Program-made: the position numbers and the translations under genes
In this document: positions 16,972 through 26,571 of the stretch, piece by piece
Position numbering within the stretch: position 1 is the stretch's first letter
Layout: every line of letters starts with the position of its first letter
The notes under the pieces: generated by a model
Database searches by the model: none
What the model saw: the letters and a program-made list of their open reading frames with translations, nothing else
What the model was told of the DNA's origin: nothing
DNA from: Fidelibacterota bacterium
GTDB taxonomy: Bacteria > Fidelibacterota > UBA2242
NCBI GenBank assembly: GCA_049975265.1
Contig: JBNGDF010000019.1
Location: forward strand, 1 to 46,945
DNA length: 46,945 bases
Direction of reading: 5' to 3'

Positions 16972-19211
16972 GACTGGATCGATAAATGGTTCAAAGCGTC
17001 CGGCGAATCGGCAACGACAATTTTTGCTGTATCACTTTTCTGAAAAATTCCAATAATTGCCGCGTCCGGTACATCCTTTTTCTGCAGCTCTTTTAACAAT
17101 TTTTTTGCATCTGGTTCCGGCATGGCGAATAATAAACCGCCTGAGGTTTGCGCATCCGCTAAAATAATCCGCATGATTTTGGTAACGGTTTTGTCCCACT
17201 GTACTTTTTCCCGCAGATATTCCAGATTGGCGTCGGTGCCCCCGGGAATGACATTGCGGCGGATCATCTCTGCGGTGCCGGGAATCACCGGAACCCTGTT
17301 GGCAAAAACAGAAGCGGAGACAGTGCCGTCACCCAACATTTCCCATAGGTGACCAAGCAGCCCGAAACCGGTTACATCGGTACAGGCGTGAACCGGATAT
17401 TTCCGGGCAATCCCGGCGGCGGCGGCGTTCAGTTTGCTCATGAGGGCAATGATCTGGTCCCGGGTTTCCTGATTGAGCAGATTTCGCTTCAGGGCTGTCG
17501 ACAGAATGCCCAGACCGATGGGTTTCGTGATAATCAATGCATCGCCCGGCTGCGCACCGGTGTTCCGCCAAATTTTGTCCGGATGTACGGTGCCGGTCAC
17601 AGCGAGTCCGAATTTTGGCTCATTATCTTCAATACTATGTCCACCGAGAATCGGAATACCGGCGGTTTCGGTTATCTCTTGGGCACCGCTGAGAATCTGC
17701 TCCAGTACACTCAGCGGCAGACGTTTTTCGGGAAAGGCGGTTATGTTAAGTGCGAAGAGTGGATGGGCACCCATTGCGTAAATATCGCTCAGTGAATTTG
17801 CTGCCGCGATGCGTCCGAAATCGTAGGGATCGTCGACGATTGGTGTAAAGAAGTCTACGGTTGAGACGATGGAGAGGTCTTCCCGGAGACGGTAGACTGC
17901 GGCGTCATCCGCGGTGTCAAACGCAACCTGCGTCTCTTCCGAAAAGGACGGTCGCATTTTGCGGAGCACCGCCTCAAGGTTTTGAGGTCTGAGTTTACAG
18001 GCGCAGCCCAATCCGTGGGTGAACTGTGTCAATCTGATCTCCGCCGTTTCTTCAAGGGGGGCTATATCTGACTGATCGGCTGTCAAGTGATGATAGGTTT
18101 CGGCAATTTTTGAGACGGCTCGATCAACCTCTTCCGCGGTTGTGGTACGTCCGACGGAGAAGCGAACACTGCCCAAAATTCGTTCGTCACTGAGCCCCAT
18201 TGCTTTTAACACGTGGGACGGTTCGACACTGTCGGTATGGCAGGCAGCTCCGGCGGAAGCAGCGATTTCCGTGAGGCTGTCCAGCAGAGTATTGGCATCA
18301 ATACCGGGAAAGGAGACGTTGATTGTATTCGGCAGTCTGTTCTCGGGTGCACCGTTCCGTTGTATTCCGGGGATCGTCTGCTCCAGGAGACGCCAGAACT
18401 GTTCGCCCCGGGCGGTTATTTCTCGGACAATGTCAGCTTCGCTGGTTTTAAAAATTTCTGCCGCTTTGCCAAGCCCGACGATCTCCAGCACGTTTTCGGT
18501 TCCCGGTCGCAGCCCCTGTTCATGACCAGCACCATGGATTAAGGGTGTAATGGCAGTGCCGGTTTTGACATAGAGGGCGCCGATCCCTTTGGGAGCGTTC
18601 ATTTTGTGACCGGCGATGGAAAGCAGGTCCACCTCGAGCTCGTTGACATCTACATGGATTTTGCCGACAGCCTGCGCGGCGTCGGTATGAAAAACGCAGC
18701 CATGGCGATGGGCAATCCGGGCAATATCGTGAATCGGTTGGATCGTGCCCACCTCATTATTGGCGAGCATAATGGTGATGAGGAAAGTATCCTGGCGAAA
18801 AGCATTTTCGAGGGCGTTCAGACGAACAACTCCCTCTTCATCGACCGGTAAATAGGTCACTGAGAAGCCCTTTTTTTCGAGAAACCGGCAGACTTCCAAA
18901 ACGGCGGGGTGTTCGATGGCGCTGGTTATGATGTGACCGCCGTTTCGCTGTTCGGCTATCCCTTTGATTGCCAGATTATTGGATTCACTGCCGCCGCTGG
19001 TAAAGATAATCTCTTCCGGTTTGGCATTAATCAGAGCCGCGACTTTTTGGCGGGCATCTTCGATAACCTGTTTCGCCTTCTGTCCGTAGAAATGGCTGCT
19101 GGAGGGATTGCCGTAGTAATTTTCCAGAAAAGGGGTCATTGCCCGGACGACTTCCGGCAGCAGAGGTGTACTGGCATTATGATCCAGATAGATTGGTTTT
19201 TGATTCGTCAT
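16968..19211 (-). CDS. selD: Fusion of a class V PLP cysteine desulfurase/selenocysteine lyase-like domain (N-terminal) and selenide,water dikinase SelD (C-terminal)
   Basis: N-terminal half: 'IYLDHNASTP', 'GNPSS', 'FTSGGSESNN', 'EHPAV', 'HTDAAQ', 'AGHK', 'SAGAACH'. C-terminal half: 'GLGCACKL', 'DDAAVY', 'TVDFFTPIVDDP', 'NSLSDIYAMG', 'GGHS', 'TKPIG', 'TDVTGFGLLGH', 'DAQTSGGLL'. Single uninterrupted ORF. Confidence 0.95.
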   Translation of the reverse strand: MTNQKPIYLDHNASTPLLPEVVRAMTPFLENYYGNPSSSHFYGQKAKQVIEDARQKVAALINAKPEEIIFTSGGSESNNLAIKGIAEQRNGGHIITSAIEHPAVLEVCRFLEKKGFSVTYLPVDEEGVVRLNALENAFRQDTFLITIMLANNEVGTIQPIHDIARIAHRHGCVFHTDAAQAVGKIHVDVNELEVDLLSIAGHKMNAPKGIGALYVKTGTAITPLIHGAGHEQGLRPGTENVLEIVGLGKAAEIFKTSEADIVREITARGEQFWRLLEQTIPGIQRNGAPENRLPNTINVSFPGIDANTLLDSLTEIAASAGAACHTDSVEPSHVLKAMGLSDERILGSVRFSVGRTTTAEEVDRAVSKIAETYHHLTADQSDIAPLEETAEIRLTQFTHGLGCACKLRPQNLEAVLRKMRPSFSEETQVAFDTADDAAVYRLREDLSIVSTVDFFTPIVDDPYDFGRIAAANSLSDIYAMGAHPLFALNITAFPEKRLPLSVLEQILSGAQEITETAGIPILGGHSIEDNEPKFGLAVTGTVHPDKIWRNTGAQPGDALIITKPIGLGILSTALKRNLLNQETRDQIIALMSKLNAAAAGIARKYPVHACTDVTGFGLLGHLWEMLGDGTVSASVFANRVPVIPGTAEMIRRNVIPGGTDANLEYLREKVQWDKTVTKIMRIILADAQTSGGLLFAMPEPDAKKLLKELQKKDVPDAAIIGIFQKSDTAKIVVADSPDALNHLSIQS

Positions 19212-19217
19212 TTCGGA

Positions 19218-20171
19218 TTAATCCTTTTCGATGAGGAGACTGAAATCGGCACTGGGGGTCGAGTGGGTCAGGGCACCGACGGAGAGAACATCCACACCGG
19301 AGTCAGCGTAGGATGTTACCCTGTCGAGGGTAATGTTGCCGGAAGCCTCAAACAGCAGATGATGGTAGCGCGGTTTTCCTTTGATTTCGGCGATCAGCGA
19401 TTTGATCTCTTCCGGTGTAAAATGATCGAACATAATGACAAAGGGGAAAGGGGCGGTGATATTTTCCAGAAAGCGAAGGATGGTGTGATATTCCTGAGCA
19501 TTCCCGACTTCGATTTCGATGAAACGGAGATAGGGATATGCAGAGATAATTTCGGAAACAGCGGAGTGTAGGGCCTCGGGATCGCCGGAGTTAGATAGCA
19601 CCCTCAGATGGTTTTCTTTGAGCATGGCAGCGTCGTACAGACCGAGCCGGTGCGTCAATCCGCCACCCCAGCGAATGGCGCTTTTGTCCAGTATGCCCCA
19701 GAGAGTTTTGCGGGTGCCGGCAATGAATGGCGTCTTACCGGCGATTTTATCGCGATAGGTTTTTGTGGTCGTGGCAATGCCGCTCAACCGCTGTAACAGA
19801 TTTAGGAGGCTGCGTTCGATGGTGAGAATCTCCGAAGCCTTACCGTGGATATTCATGAGGACATCGGCGGTGTTGACTGGATTGCCATTGCAGTAGTTTG
19901 TCCGGATATCCAGATGGCGGCGCTTGAGGTAGAAAACCGCCTCATCCAGTCCGGCAATTACCCCGGGCGTTTTGGCAATAATTTTTGCCGTAACCTCGGT
20001 TTCATATAACCGATGTGGTAATTGGGAGACATCACCCTGCCGAACATCTGCATGGATCATTTCGTCGAGAAATGCGACGATTTTCTCCCGGTAGCCGGGA
20101 TGTTGCAGGTCCAATTCGGCAGATGCATCAAATGCATTGCGGATAACATCAGTTCTGTTGCTTTGATTCAC
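19218..20171 (-). CDS. nadC: Nicotinate-nucleotide pyrophosphorylase (quinolinate phosphoribosyltransferase)
   Basis: 'ERSLLNLLQRLSGIAT', 'TRKT', 'GGG.THRLGLYD', 'KENH', 'EIEV', 'EASGNI', 'SVGALTH'. Confidence 0.9.
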   Translation of the reverse strand: MNQSNRTDVIRNAFDASAELDLQHPGYREKIVAFLDEMIHADVRQGDVSQLPHRLYETEVTAKIIAKTPGVIAGLDEAVFYLKRRHLDIRTNYCNGNPVNTADVLMNIHGKASEILTIERSLLNLLQRLSGIATTTKTYRDKIAGKTPFIAGTRKTLWGILDKSAIRWGGGLTHRLGLYDAAMLKENHLRVLSNSGDPEALHSAVSEIISAYPYLRFIEIEVGNAQEYHTILRFLENITAPFPFVIMFDHFTPEEIKSLIAEIKGKPRYHHLLFEASGNITLDRVTSYADSGVDVLSVGALTHSTPSADFSLLIEKD

Positions 20172-20305
20172 TATTCAATCCCGCTGCGAGGTCCGGTTAA
20201 AAACAACTGTGTTAATTTACAAAATTTTTTACAAGTATTTAGTTGAATCGAGACAATGTCTGAGATTTTTCTGCCGGTAAGTACAAATAGATGTAAATAA
20301 ATCGC

Positions 20306-20935
20306 TTAGGCCGGAATTGTATCAGCGATTTCAGCGATGGAGTGAAACAGTATGGTGGGATGGTGGTTGATTAAGGATTCAATGCTGTTGTAGCCCCAGG
20401 ATACGGCGCCCGAAGAAATCCCGATATGGTTGGCGGCTTCGATATCGCGGATTTCGTCACCGATGTAAATCGCTTCGCCCGGGTGGATTCTGCTTTTGTG
20501 CAGGACTTTGCGAAGCTTTTGACCCTTTCCGAACAGGGTAACACCGCATTCGAAATGATCGATCAGCGCCGCCAGCTCAGCACCGAGAATCCGTTGGACA
20601 TTTTCTATTGAATTGGAGCTGACAATCGCCAGACAGACCTTCTGCTGTGATAAATTCCGGAGGAGCTCAGCGACGCCGTCAAAAAGCGGCACATCTGCTA
20701 TATTCTCCGCCATCAGTTTGCGGACATGATTACCGATCAATGGTACTTTCCAGAGGGGTAGTCCCAGATGCTTGAACAGCTTCGCCGCATCGTAATTCCG
20801 CAGCAGCGTGTGTTCACTGTTATGGACCGGTCGGAACTGGAACTTTTCGGCAAGATTGTTAATAATGTTGGTTGCCCAGGGAAGGGAGTCAGCCAGGGTG
20901 CCGTCGAAATCAAATATTACCAGTCTGTATTTCAT
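20306..20935 (-). CDS. HAD-family hydrolase (phosphoglycolate phosphatase-like)
   Basis: 'IFDFDGTLADS', 'SSN', 'YIGDEIRDIEAA', 'VSWGY'. Confidence 0.9.
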   Translation of the reverse strand: MKYRLVIFDFDGTLADSLPWATNIINNLAEKFQFRPVHNSEHTLLRNYDAAKLFKHLGLPLWKVPLIGNHVRKLMAENIADVPLFDGVAELLRNLSQQKVCLAIVSSNSIENVQRILGAELAALIDHFECGVTLFGKGQKLRKVLHKSRIHPGEAIYIGDEIRDIEAANHIGISSGAVSWGYNSIESLINHHPTILFHSIAEIADTIPA

Positions 20936-21035
20936 CTCTTCTCGGTTCTCATTCCCATACTAAACCGGAAATAATTTACGGATTTTTTCTTACCCGTCAA
21001 TAATGTGGTGGTATTATTTATGGGGTTTTAAAGGA

Positions 21036-21518
21036 TTAGGATAATTTTCCGGATAAGATAATGCTTTTTGCCCATTCCGCGGCGCGTTCCGGCTCCCGGT
21101 TTTTCAGAGGACCTTTGGAATCTTCTACATAAAAACCTTCCGGTGCGCTGACCTGAGTGCCACCTTTTCTCTGCAAGCGGGTGGCGATGGGATTCGCTGC
21201 ATACCCAAAGGTTTTCATCAGAAACCGGAGCAATTTATTCCTGACATTGTTTTCGGCAGTCCGGGTATCAAAGGCGGCTATTTTGATACCTTTGAGCCCC
21301 TGCGCCGGAATTTTTGCCAAAAAGGTGATGATCGCCGGAGTCGGTTTGAAGCCCCTGGTCGGCGAGCCGACAATCAGCAAATCGGCGTTAACCTGTGTCG
21401 GGTCGGCGGTAGTAACTTTTAGGATTTGAACATCTTCCGAAGTAAAGGCTTTCCCGATTGCCCGGGCGATTTTTTCGGTGTTTCCGAAAATCGAGTCGTA
21501 GATTATTATGACTTTCAT
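21036..21518 (-). CDS. Flavodoxin-like protein
   Basis: 'YDSIFGNTEKIA', 'VGSPT', 'AAFDTR'. Confidence 0.9.
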   Translation of the reverse strand: MKVIIIYDSIFGNTEKIARAIGKAFTSEDVQILKVTTADPTQVNADLLIVGSPTRGFKPTPAIITFLAKIPAQGLKGIKIAAFDTRTAENNVRNKLLRFLMKTFGYAANPIATRLQRKGGTQVSAPEGFYVEDSKGPLKNREPERAAEWAKSIILSGKLS

Positions 21519-21537
21519 TGTTCTGTCTCCTGCGTGA

Positions 21538-23367
21538 TTATTTCAACAGAATGCATTTACGTGTCCGGGATATCCCGCCTGCGTTTAAGCGGTACAGGTA
21601 AACCCCGGAGTTGAGTTGACCGGCTTGCCAGCCGATATGGTGCTGACCCGGTTCCAATAAGTCATTTACCAGTATCGCCACCAGCTGCCCCCGCAGGTTG
21701 TGTATGGTAAGGGTGACGGATTCGGTGTGCGATAATTCAAAAGAGAAGGTGGTGGCAGAATTGAAGGGATTCGGATAATTTGGATGAAGGTAGAAGGTAT
21801 ATGGGATACCAGCCGACGGTTCTGTGCCGGAGCCGGTAGTGGTAACGACAGAGCTTTCATTATTGAGGCGATCGAGTGCAGCGACGCCGTAAATAAATCC
21901 GCTGAAATCGGCATCGGTGATGCTGTCCTGATCGGCAGAAGTGGTAAGGGCAACAATGTACTCCGGGTTATTGAAATCGGGAATTGTGCTTTCCGACCAT
22001 TTGTAAATTATGTGTCTGCTGACATCGTCGGAGGATTTTGTCAGGGCGTTGTGCCCCCAGCGGATAACGGCTTGCCCGCCGGTTTCCGTGACGGTTACCC
22101 AGGTTGGTGGTGCCGGCGGAAGGCTGTCAAGCCAATTCATCGGAGGCGTCAGTGCCGGCAATCGGTAGTAGTGGTTTTTCAGGGAGTCGAGAAATCCCTT
22201 GGGATTGTTCAGAAGACCATAATTGACCCGAAAGTAGACATTACCCAGACAGGCGTCTGTCTGACGATTCAGGCGGATTTGCCGGGGCAGTTCGTCAGCA
22301 CTCCAGTCATTCGCAGTAATTCGATAGGGGGCATTACCGGTATAGAGGTGGCGATTATTGTGGCGAACCTGCTGCGCCCACCAGGGCATCAGCGTGCTGT
22401 AGTCCTGATCGCCGCCAAAGGGCCAGTAGAGCTGCGGTGTGAGATAGTCGATGTACTGCCCGTCCAGCCAGGCGACGGCATCACAATAAATGGTGCTGTA
22501 AGCGTCCAGACCGACGATTCCGGAGGGAACACCGTTTTTCCAGATTCCAAAGGGACTCATACCCAGTTTTACATGGGGTTTGACGATTTTGATACTGTCA
22601 TAGATCGCTTCGATCAGCAGATTGACATTGTCCCGACGCCAGTCTCCGATATTGGTAAATCCGCGACTCTCTGCCGTAAAAGTTGCCTGATCCTCGGTGG
22701 TGATGCCGCTATAGGGATAGAAATAGTCATCCATATGAACGCCGTCGATATCGTAGCGATTGACAACGTCCATGATGATGCTGACTACATATTCCCGCAC
22801 CACCGCCATTCCGGGATTCAGGATGTAATCGGTCTCCTGAATATTATTCGTTCCGCGCTCGTCCAACGGCTGCCACGGTTTGACCGCCTCATGTTTGCTG
22901 CCCACTGCCAGAATCCAGTCGGGATGTTTGTTAAAGACATGTTCTGAAGACGTGCCGTTTGCGGCACCCTTTTTGGCGCGATAGGGATTAAACCAGGCAT
23001 GCAGTTCAATCCCCCGTTTATGAGCCTCCTCGATAGCAAACTCCAGCGGATCATAATAGGGGTCAGGCGCCTTGCCTTCGGTACCGGTCAGCCAGTTCGA
23101 CCAGGGCTCGATCGCCGATTCGTAAAAGGCGTCACAAGCCGGTCGAACCTGAAAAACGGCGACATTCAGCCGGGCATGCTGCATCTGATTTAAGATATTG
23201 ATCATCTGTGATTTCTGGGTGGAGACCGTGGAGGAAGCCGGCCAGTCGAGACGCAGGACCGTCGCGATCCAGGCGGCGCGAAATTCATGTTTTGGCTGGA
23301 TTTCGGCGGATGCGAGGGCGGTCAGGATAACAATGACCAGTGTGATGTTCGGTATCATTGATTTCAT
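21538..23367 (-). CDS. GHL10/DUF187 (YddW/DigH-like) glycoside hydrolase with T9SS type-A sorting domain
   Basis: Signal peptide; 'EFRAAWIATV..DWP', 'QVRP', 'ELHAWFNPYR', 'YDIDGVHMDDYFYPY', 'PQLYW'; C-terminal 'PNYPNPFN..NLRGQ..SGVYLYRL..K.ILLK'. Confidence 0.9.
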   Translation of the reverse strand: MKSMIPNITLVIVILTALASAEIQPKHEFRAAWIATVLRLDWPASSTVSTQKSQMINILNQMQHARLNVAVFQVRPACDAFYESAIEPWSNWLTGTEGKAPDPYYDPLEFAIEEAHKRGIELHAWFNPYRAKKGAANGTSSEHVFNKHPDWILAVGSKHEAVKPWQPLDERGTNNIQETDYILNPGMAVVREYVVSIIMDVVNRYDIDGVHMDDYFYPYSGITTEDQATFTAESRGFTNIGDWRRDNVNLLIEAIYDSIKIVKPHVKLGMSPFGIWKNGVPSGIVGLDAYSTIYCDAVAWLDGQYIDYLTPQLYWPFGGDQDYSTLMPWWAQQVRHNNRHLYTGNAPYRITANDWSADELPRQIRLNRQTDACLGNVYFRVNYGLLNNPKGFLDSLKNHYYRLPALTPPMNWLDSLPPAPPTWVTVTETGGQAVIRWGHNALTKSSDDVSRHIIYKWSESTIPDFNNPEYIVALTTSADQDSITDADFSGFIYGVAALDRLNNESSVVTTTGSGTEPSAGIPYTFYLHPNYPNPFNSATTFSFELSHTESVTLTIHNLRGQLVAILVNDLLEPGQHHIGWQAGQLNSGVYLYRLNAGGISRTRKCILLK

Positions 23368-23543
23368 AGCGTACGATTCTTAATGATGAATTAGTTCCGT
23401 GACTTTACAAATCTACGCAGGATTATTTATTGAACCAAGAAGAAAATGAATCAGGGAAATTTCAGATATGCCGGATCATTTGGGATTTGGCAGGCAATTT
23501 AACAGGACTTTTCATCGGTTTTAGAGGACATCGGCGGAATGAA

Positions 23544-23954
23544 TTACTGATTTTTTCCGGGTATTGCTGTCTGATTCAATTGCTCTTTTTTTTCGCGGTA
23601 ATCCTGGATCGCCGCTTCCAGTGCTTCCTGAGCCAGGTTTGAACAGTGCATTTTGACCGGAGGCAATCCGTCCAGCGCTTCCGCGACGACTTTATTGGTA
23701 ATCTTTGCGGCGTCGTCGATGGATTTGCCGATGACCAGCTCCGTTGCCATCGAGCTGGTGGCGATTGCCGCGCCGCAGCCGAAGGTGCGAAACTTTGCAT
23801 CAACGATAATGTCATCCTTTACTTTTATCTGCAATTCCATCACATCGCCACAAATGGGGTTACCGACCCGACCAACACCATCTGGATTTGCGATGGTGCC
23901 GACATTGCGGGGATTGGTGAAATGGTCCATGACTTTTTCGCTATACTGTTCCAT
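23544..23954 (-). CDS. iscU: Fe-S cluster scaffold IscU/NifU-N
   Basis: 'YSEKVMDHFTNPRNVG', 'CGD', 'FGCGAAIA', 'LPPVKMHCS'. Confidence 0.95.
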   Translation of the reverse strand: MEQYSEKVMDHFTNPRNVGTIANPDGVGRVGNPICGDVMELQIKVKDDIIVDAKFRTFGCGAAIATSSMATELVIGKSIDDAAKITNKVVAEALDGLPPVKMHCSNLAQEALEAAIQDYREKKEQLNQTAIPGKNQ

Positions 23955-23966
23955 TATCCTGGTTCC

Positions 23967-25127
23967 TTATGGGTTGTAAAGGGGTGACATGGCGCGTAGT
24001 TTCCGGACAATGCCGGGAAGAATCTCGGCGACTCTGTTCAGGTCCTCTGCGGTAGTATGTTTACCGAGAGAAAAACGCACCGATCCGTGGGCTAATTCAT
24101 GATCAAGACCGATGGCGAGCAGCACATGGCTGGGTTCCAGACTGGAAGAGCTGCAGGCGGAGCCGGTGGAGGCGGCGATTCCGTACATATCCAGATTCAG
24201 CAGAATGGATTCGCCTTCGATGCCCTTGAAGGAGATATTGATATTGTTCGGGAGGCGCTGGACGGTGGATCCGTTCAGGCGTGAATCGGGGATTGTGGTC
24301 AGGATTTTTTTGATAAATGCATCCCGCAGCCCGGATTGTCGCCGCATTTCGCCGGTTATTACATCCCGGGCGATTTCCACCGCTTTTCCCAGCCCGACGA
24401 TACCGGGGACATTTTCGGTGGAGGCGCGGCGACGACGTTCCTGATCGCCACCGTGGATCAGCGGGGTAATCCGGGTCCCCTTGCGGATGTAAAGTGCGCC
24501 GACACCCTTGGGTCCATAAAATTTATGTCCAGAAATACTCAGTAAGTCGGTATTGAGCTCATTCACATCCACCGGAATATGTCCGAAAGTCTGAACGGCG
24601 TCGGAATGAACGGTAATTTTGTGTTTTTTGGCAATTTCGCCGATTTCCCGGATCGGTTGGATACTGCCGATTTCATTATTGGCGTGCATAATGGTAATGA
24701 GAATTGTATCCCGACGGATGGTCTTTTCCAGCTCATCCAACCGGACTATTCCGTCTGAATCCACCGGCAGATAGCTCACCTTGTAGCCATTTTTTTCCAG
24801 GTATTTACAGGTGTATAGCACGGCATGGTGTTCGATTTGGGAAGTAATGATGTGGCGACCCTTCTCCCGGAGGGCATGAGCCACACCTTTGATGGCGAAA
24901 TTGTCGCTTTCACTGCCGCCACTCGTGAAAACGATCTCTTCGAGATTGGCGCCGATGGCGTCCGCCAGAATCTGCCGCGCCTGCGCAATCGCGTTGCGGG
25001 TAATGCGACTGATTGAATAGATGCTGGAGGGGTTGCCGAAATGTTCCGTGAAGTAGGGCTGCATCGCTTCAAGTACCTCTGGATCGGCGGGACAGGTTGC
25101 GGCATGATCGAGGTAGATGTTTTTCAT
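23967..25127 (-). CDS. iscS: Cysteine desulfurase IscS/NifS
   Basis: 'YLDHAAT', 'GNPSS', 'EHHAV', 'SGHKFYGPKG', 'STGSACSS'. Confidence 0.95.
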   Translation of the reverse strand: MKNIYLDHAATCPADPEVLEAMQPYFTEHFGNPSSIYSISRITRNAIAQARQILADAIGANLEEIVFTSGGSESDNFAIKGVAHALREKGRHIITSQIEHHAVLYTCKYLEKNGYKVSYLPVDSDGIVRLDELEKTIRRDTILITIMHANNEIGSIQPIREIGEIAKKHKITVHSDAVQTFGHIPVDVNELNTDLLSISGHKFYGPKGVGALYIRKGTRITPLIHGGDQERRRRASTENVPGIVGLGKAVEIARDVITGEMRRQSGLRDAFIKKILTTIPDSRLNGSTVQRLPNNINISFKGIEGESILLNLDMYGIAASTGSACSSSSLEPSHVLLAIGLDHELAHGSVRFSLGKHTTAEDLNRVAEILPGIVRKLRAMSPLYNP

Positions 25128-25561
25128 GAGGATTCCTTCAAAATACGTTTCTCTTTATAGTTATCAACCAATTCCCGGAGTGTGTGGCGGGCTAATGTCG
25201 CCGAAATAGTCTGTTCCAGCTCCACCCAGACATCGCGTGTGATACAGAAATCGGAACGGTCACAAATCTCTGGAACTTCAACACACTCCGATGGATACAG
25301 AGGACCTTCAAGGACCTGAATGATCTCTCTTACGGTAATGTCCCCCGGCTTCTTTGAGAGAGAGTAGCCGCCTTTTGAACCGCGGGTGGCGATGATGAGT
25401 CCGGCGGTTTTCAGTGGTGGAACCAGGTGTTCCAGATAGCGTACGGAGAGGTCTTCACGAGCAGCGATGTCTTTCAGGAGCATCGGACCGTTACCGTAAT
25501 TTAGTGCCAACTGAAACATCAGCCGGGTTCCGTATTTTCCTTTTGTTGAGAGGCGAATCAT
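25124..25561 (-). CDS. Rrf2-family transcriptional regulator (IscR-like, three Cys)
   Basis: 'STKGKYG', 'YLEHL..L..AGL..RG..GGY.L', 'EG', C-x6-C-x5-C; first gene of the iscSU operon. Confidence 0.9.
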   Translation of the reverse strand: MIRLSTKGKYGTRLMFQLALNYGNGPMLLKDIAAREDLSVRYLEHLVPPLKTAGLIIATRGSKGGYSLSKKPGDITVREIIQVLEGPLYPSECVEVPEICDRSDFCITRDVWVELEQTISATLARHTLRELVDNYKEKRILKESS

Positions 25562-25596
25562 TTATTTATGTTGAGTATCAATTTAAGTACCCCACT

Positions 25597-25645
25597 ATTC
25601 CTACTAAAGCAGTAGGAATTTAAGCTCTAAAAACCGGTGGTTCAA
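25597..25645 (-). promoter_or_regulatory. Promoter of the rrf2-iscS-iscU operon with overlapping palindromic operator
   Basis: TTGAAC (25645-25640), 17 nt spacer, TAAATT (25622-25617). Perfect inverted repeat ATTCCTACT-N5-AGTAGGAAT at 25597-25619 overlaps the -10/TSS. Confidence 0.7.
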
Positions 25646-25744
25646 GAAAAATTTATTCCATTGTATGTTTTTTTCGTCTGCTATTTTTTTTTGCAGGGTC
25701 TGATTTATCGGGAAATCGAATATAAGGTGATCAGTAAAAATGAG

Positions 25745-26440
25745 TTAGTGGAGAATACCGGTGAGCGTTTTCAGCATCACAGCGGCGACGAACTGATTGC
25801 CCCGGCGATTCAGGTGAACACCGTCATAAGTGAGAATATTCTGTTCCAGGTTTTCGGGATTATTGGCTGACAGATAGGCTTTGAATTGCCTGCGCAGGTC
25901 AATTAACGGCAGGTTTTCCGTAGCGGCGAGCTGTCTGATAATGTCGGCATAGCGATCCAATGGCGGGTCCAGGGGATTCTGATTGTCCCGTTTTTCACCG
26001 ATGACTGAGGGTGTGCAGAGCACGATCTGAACGCCGCCGTCCTGTAGCCGGCGAATCAGCTGCAGGAGCCCGCTCCGGAAATTTTCCGGTGAAGTGCCGG
26101 TATGTCCGGGGAGAATGGAATGCCAGACGTCGTTGATCCCGATGTAAATGATGACGATATCCGGCTTTATTGACAGGACGTCCTGCTCCAGTCGAGCCTG
26201 CAGATCGGGTACTTTATTGCCGCTGATACCGGCACCGATAATATTGATATCCCTTTTGGGAAATTGTTGCCGGATTTCCCTGGCGATCAGGGTCACATAG
26301 CCGTCGGGTTGCACGCCCAATTCTGTAATCGAATCTCCGAAGAAGACAATTTTCCGCGGTTTTGGTCCGGAGCAGTCAGCCATTAGTAAAGAAACCAGGA
26401 TAAAGATCCATCGTGCAAATTTAGCGGATTTTCCATTCAT
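25745..26440 (-). CDS. SGNH/GDSL hydrolase, probably exported
   Basis: 'FFGDSITE', 'GISG', 'IGIND', 'DGVHLN'; N-terminal signal-like sequence with a Cys. Confidence 0.9.
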   Translation of the reverse strand: MNGKSAKFARWIFILVSLLMADCSGPKPRKIVFFGDSITELGVQPDGYVTLIAREIRQQFPKRDINIIGAGISGNKVPDLQARLEQDVLSIKPDIVIIYIGINDVWHSILPGHTGTSPENFRSGLLQLIRRLQDGGVQIVLCTPSVIGEKRDNQNPLDPPLDRYADIIRQLAATENLPLIDLRRQFKAYLSANNPENLEQNILTYDGVHLNRRGNQFVAAVMLKTLTGILH

Positions 26441-26571
26441 CTTTCAGGCATTCCACGACGAGCGAACCGCAATCTCGACCTTTGTGATACGTGACAGGGT
26501 GTTTTGTTGCATACATTTTTAGTAGGAAAGTGAGAATCCGCAAAAGGCGGGGCGACCAGATGACTGAATCA

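Noticed and set aside
17995..18020. Possible selenocysteine (UGA) at the SelD active site, or other UGA read-through selenoproteins
   Set aside because: The codons are TGC/TGT (Cys). I found no ORF pair in the window split by an in-frame TGA that would restore a known domain.
21784..22947. 387-aa + strand ORF (also 2886-3812, 8540-9280, 10812-11555, 32207-32890 and similar)
   Set aside because: Antisense shadows of well-supported genes, with no recognisable motifs.
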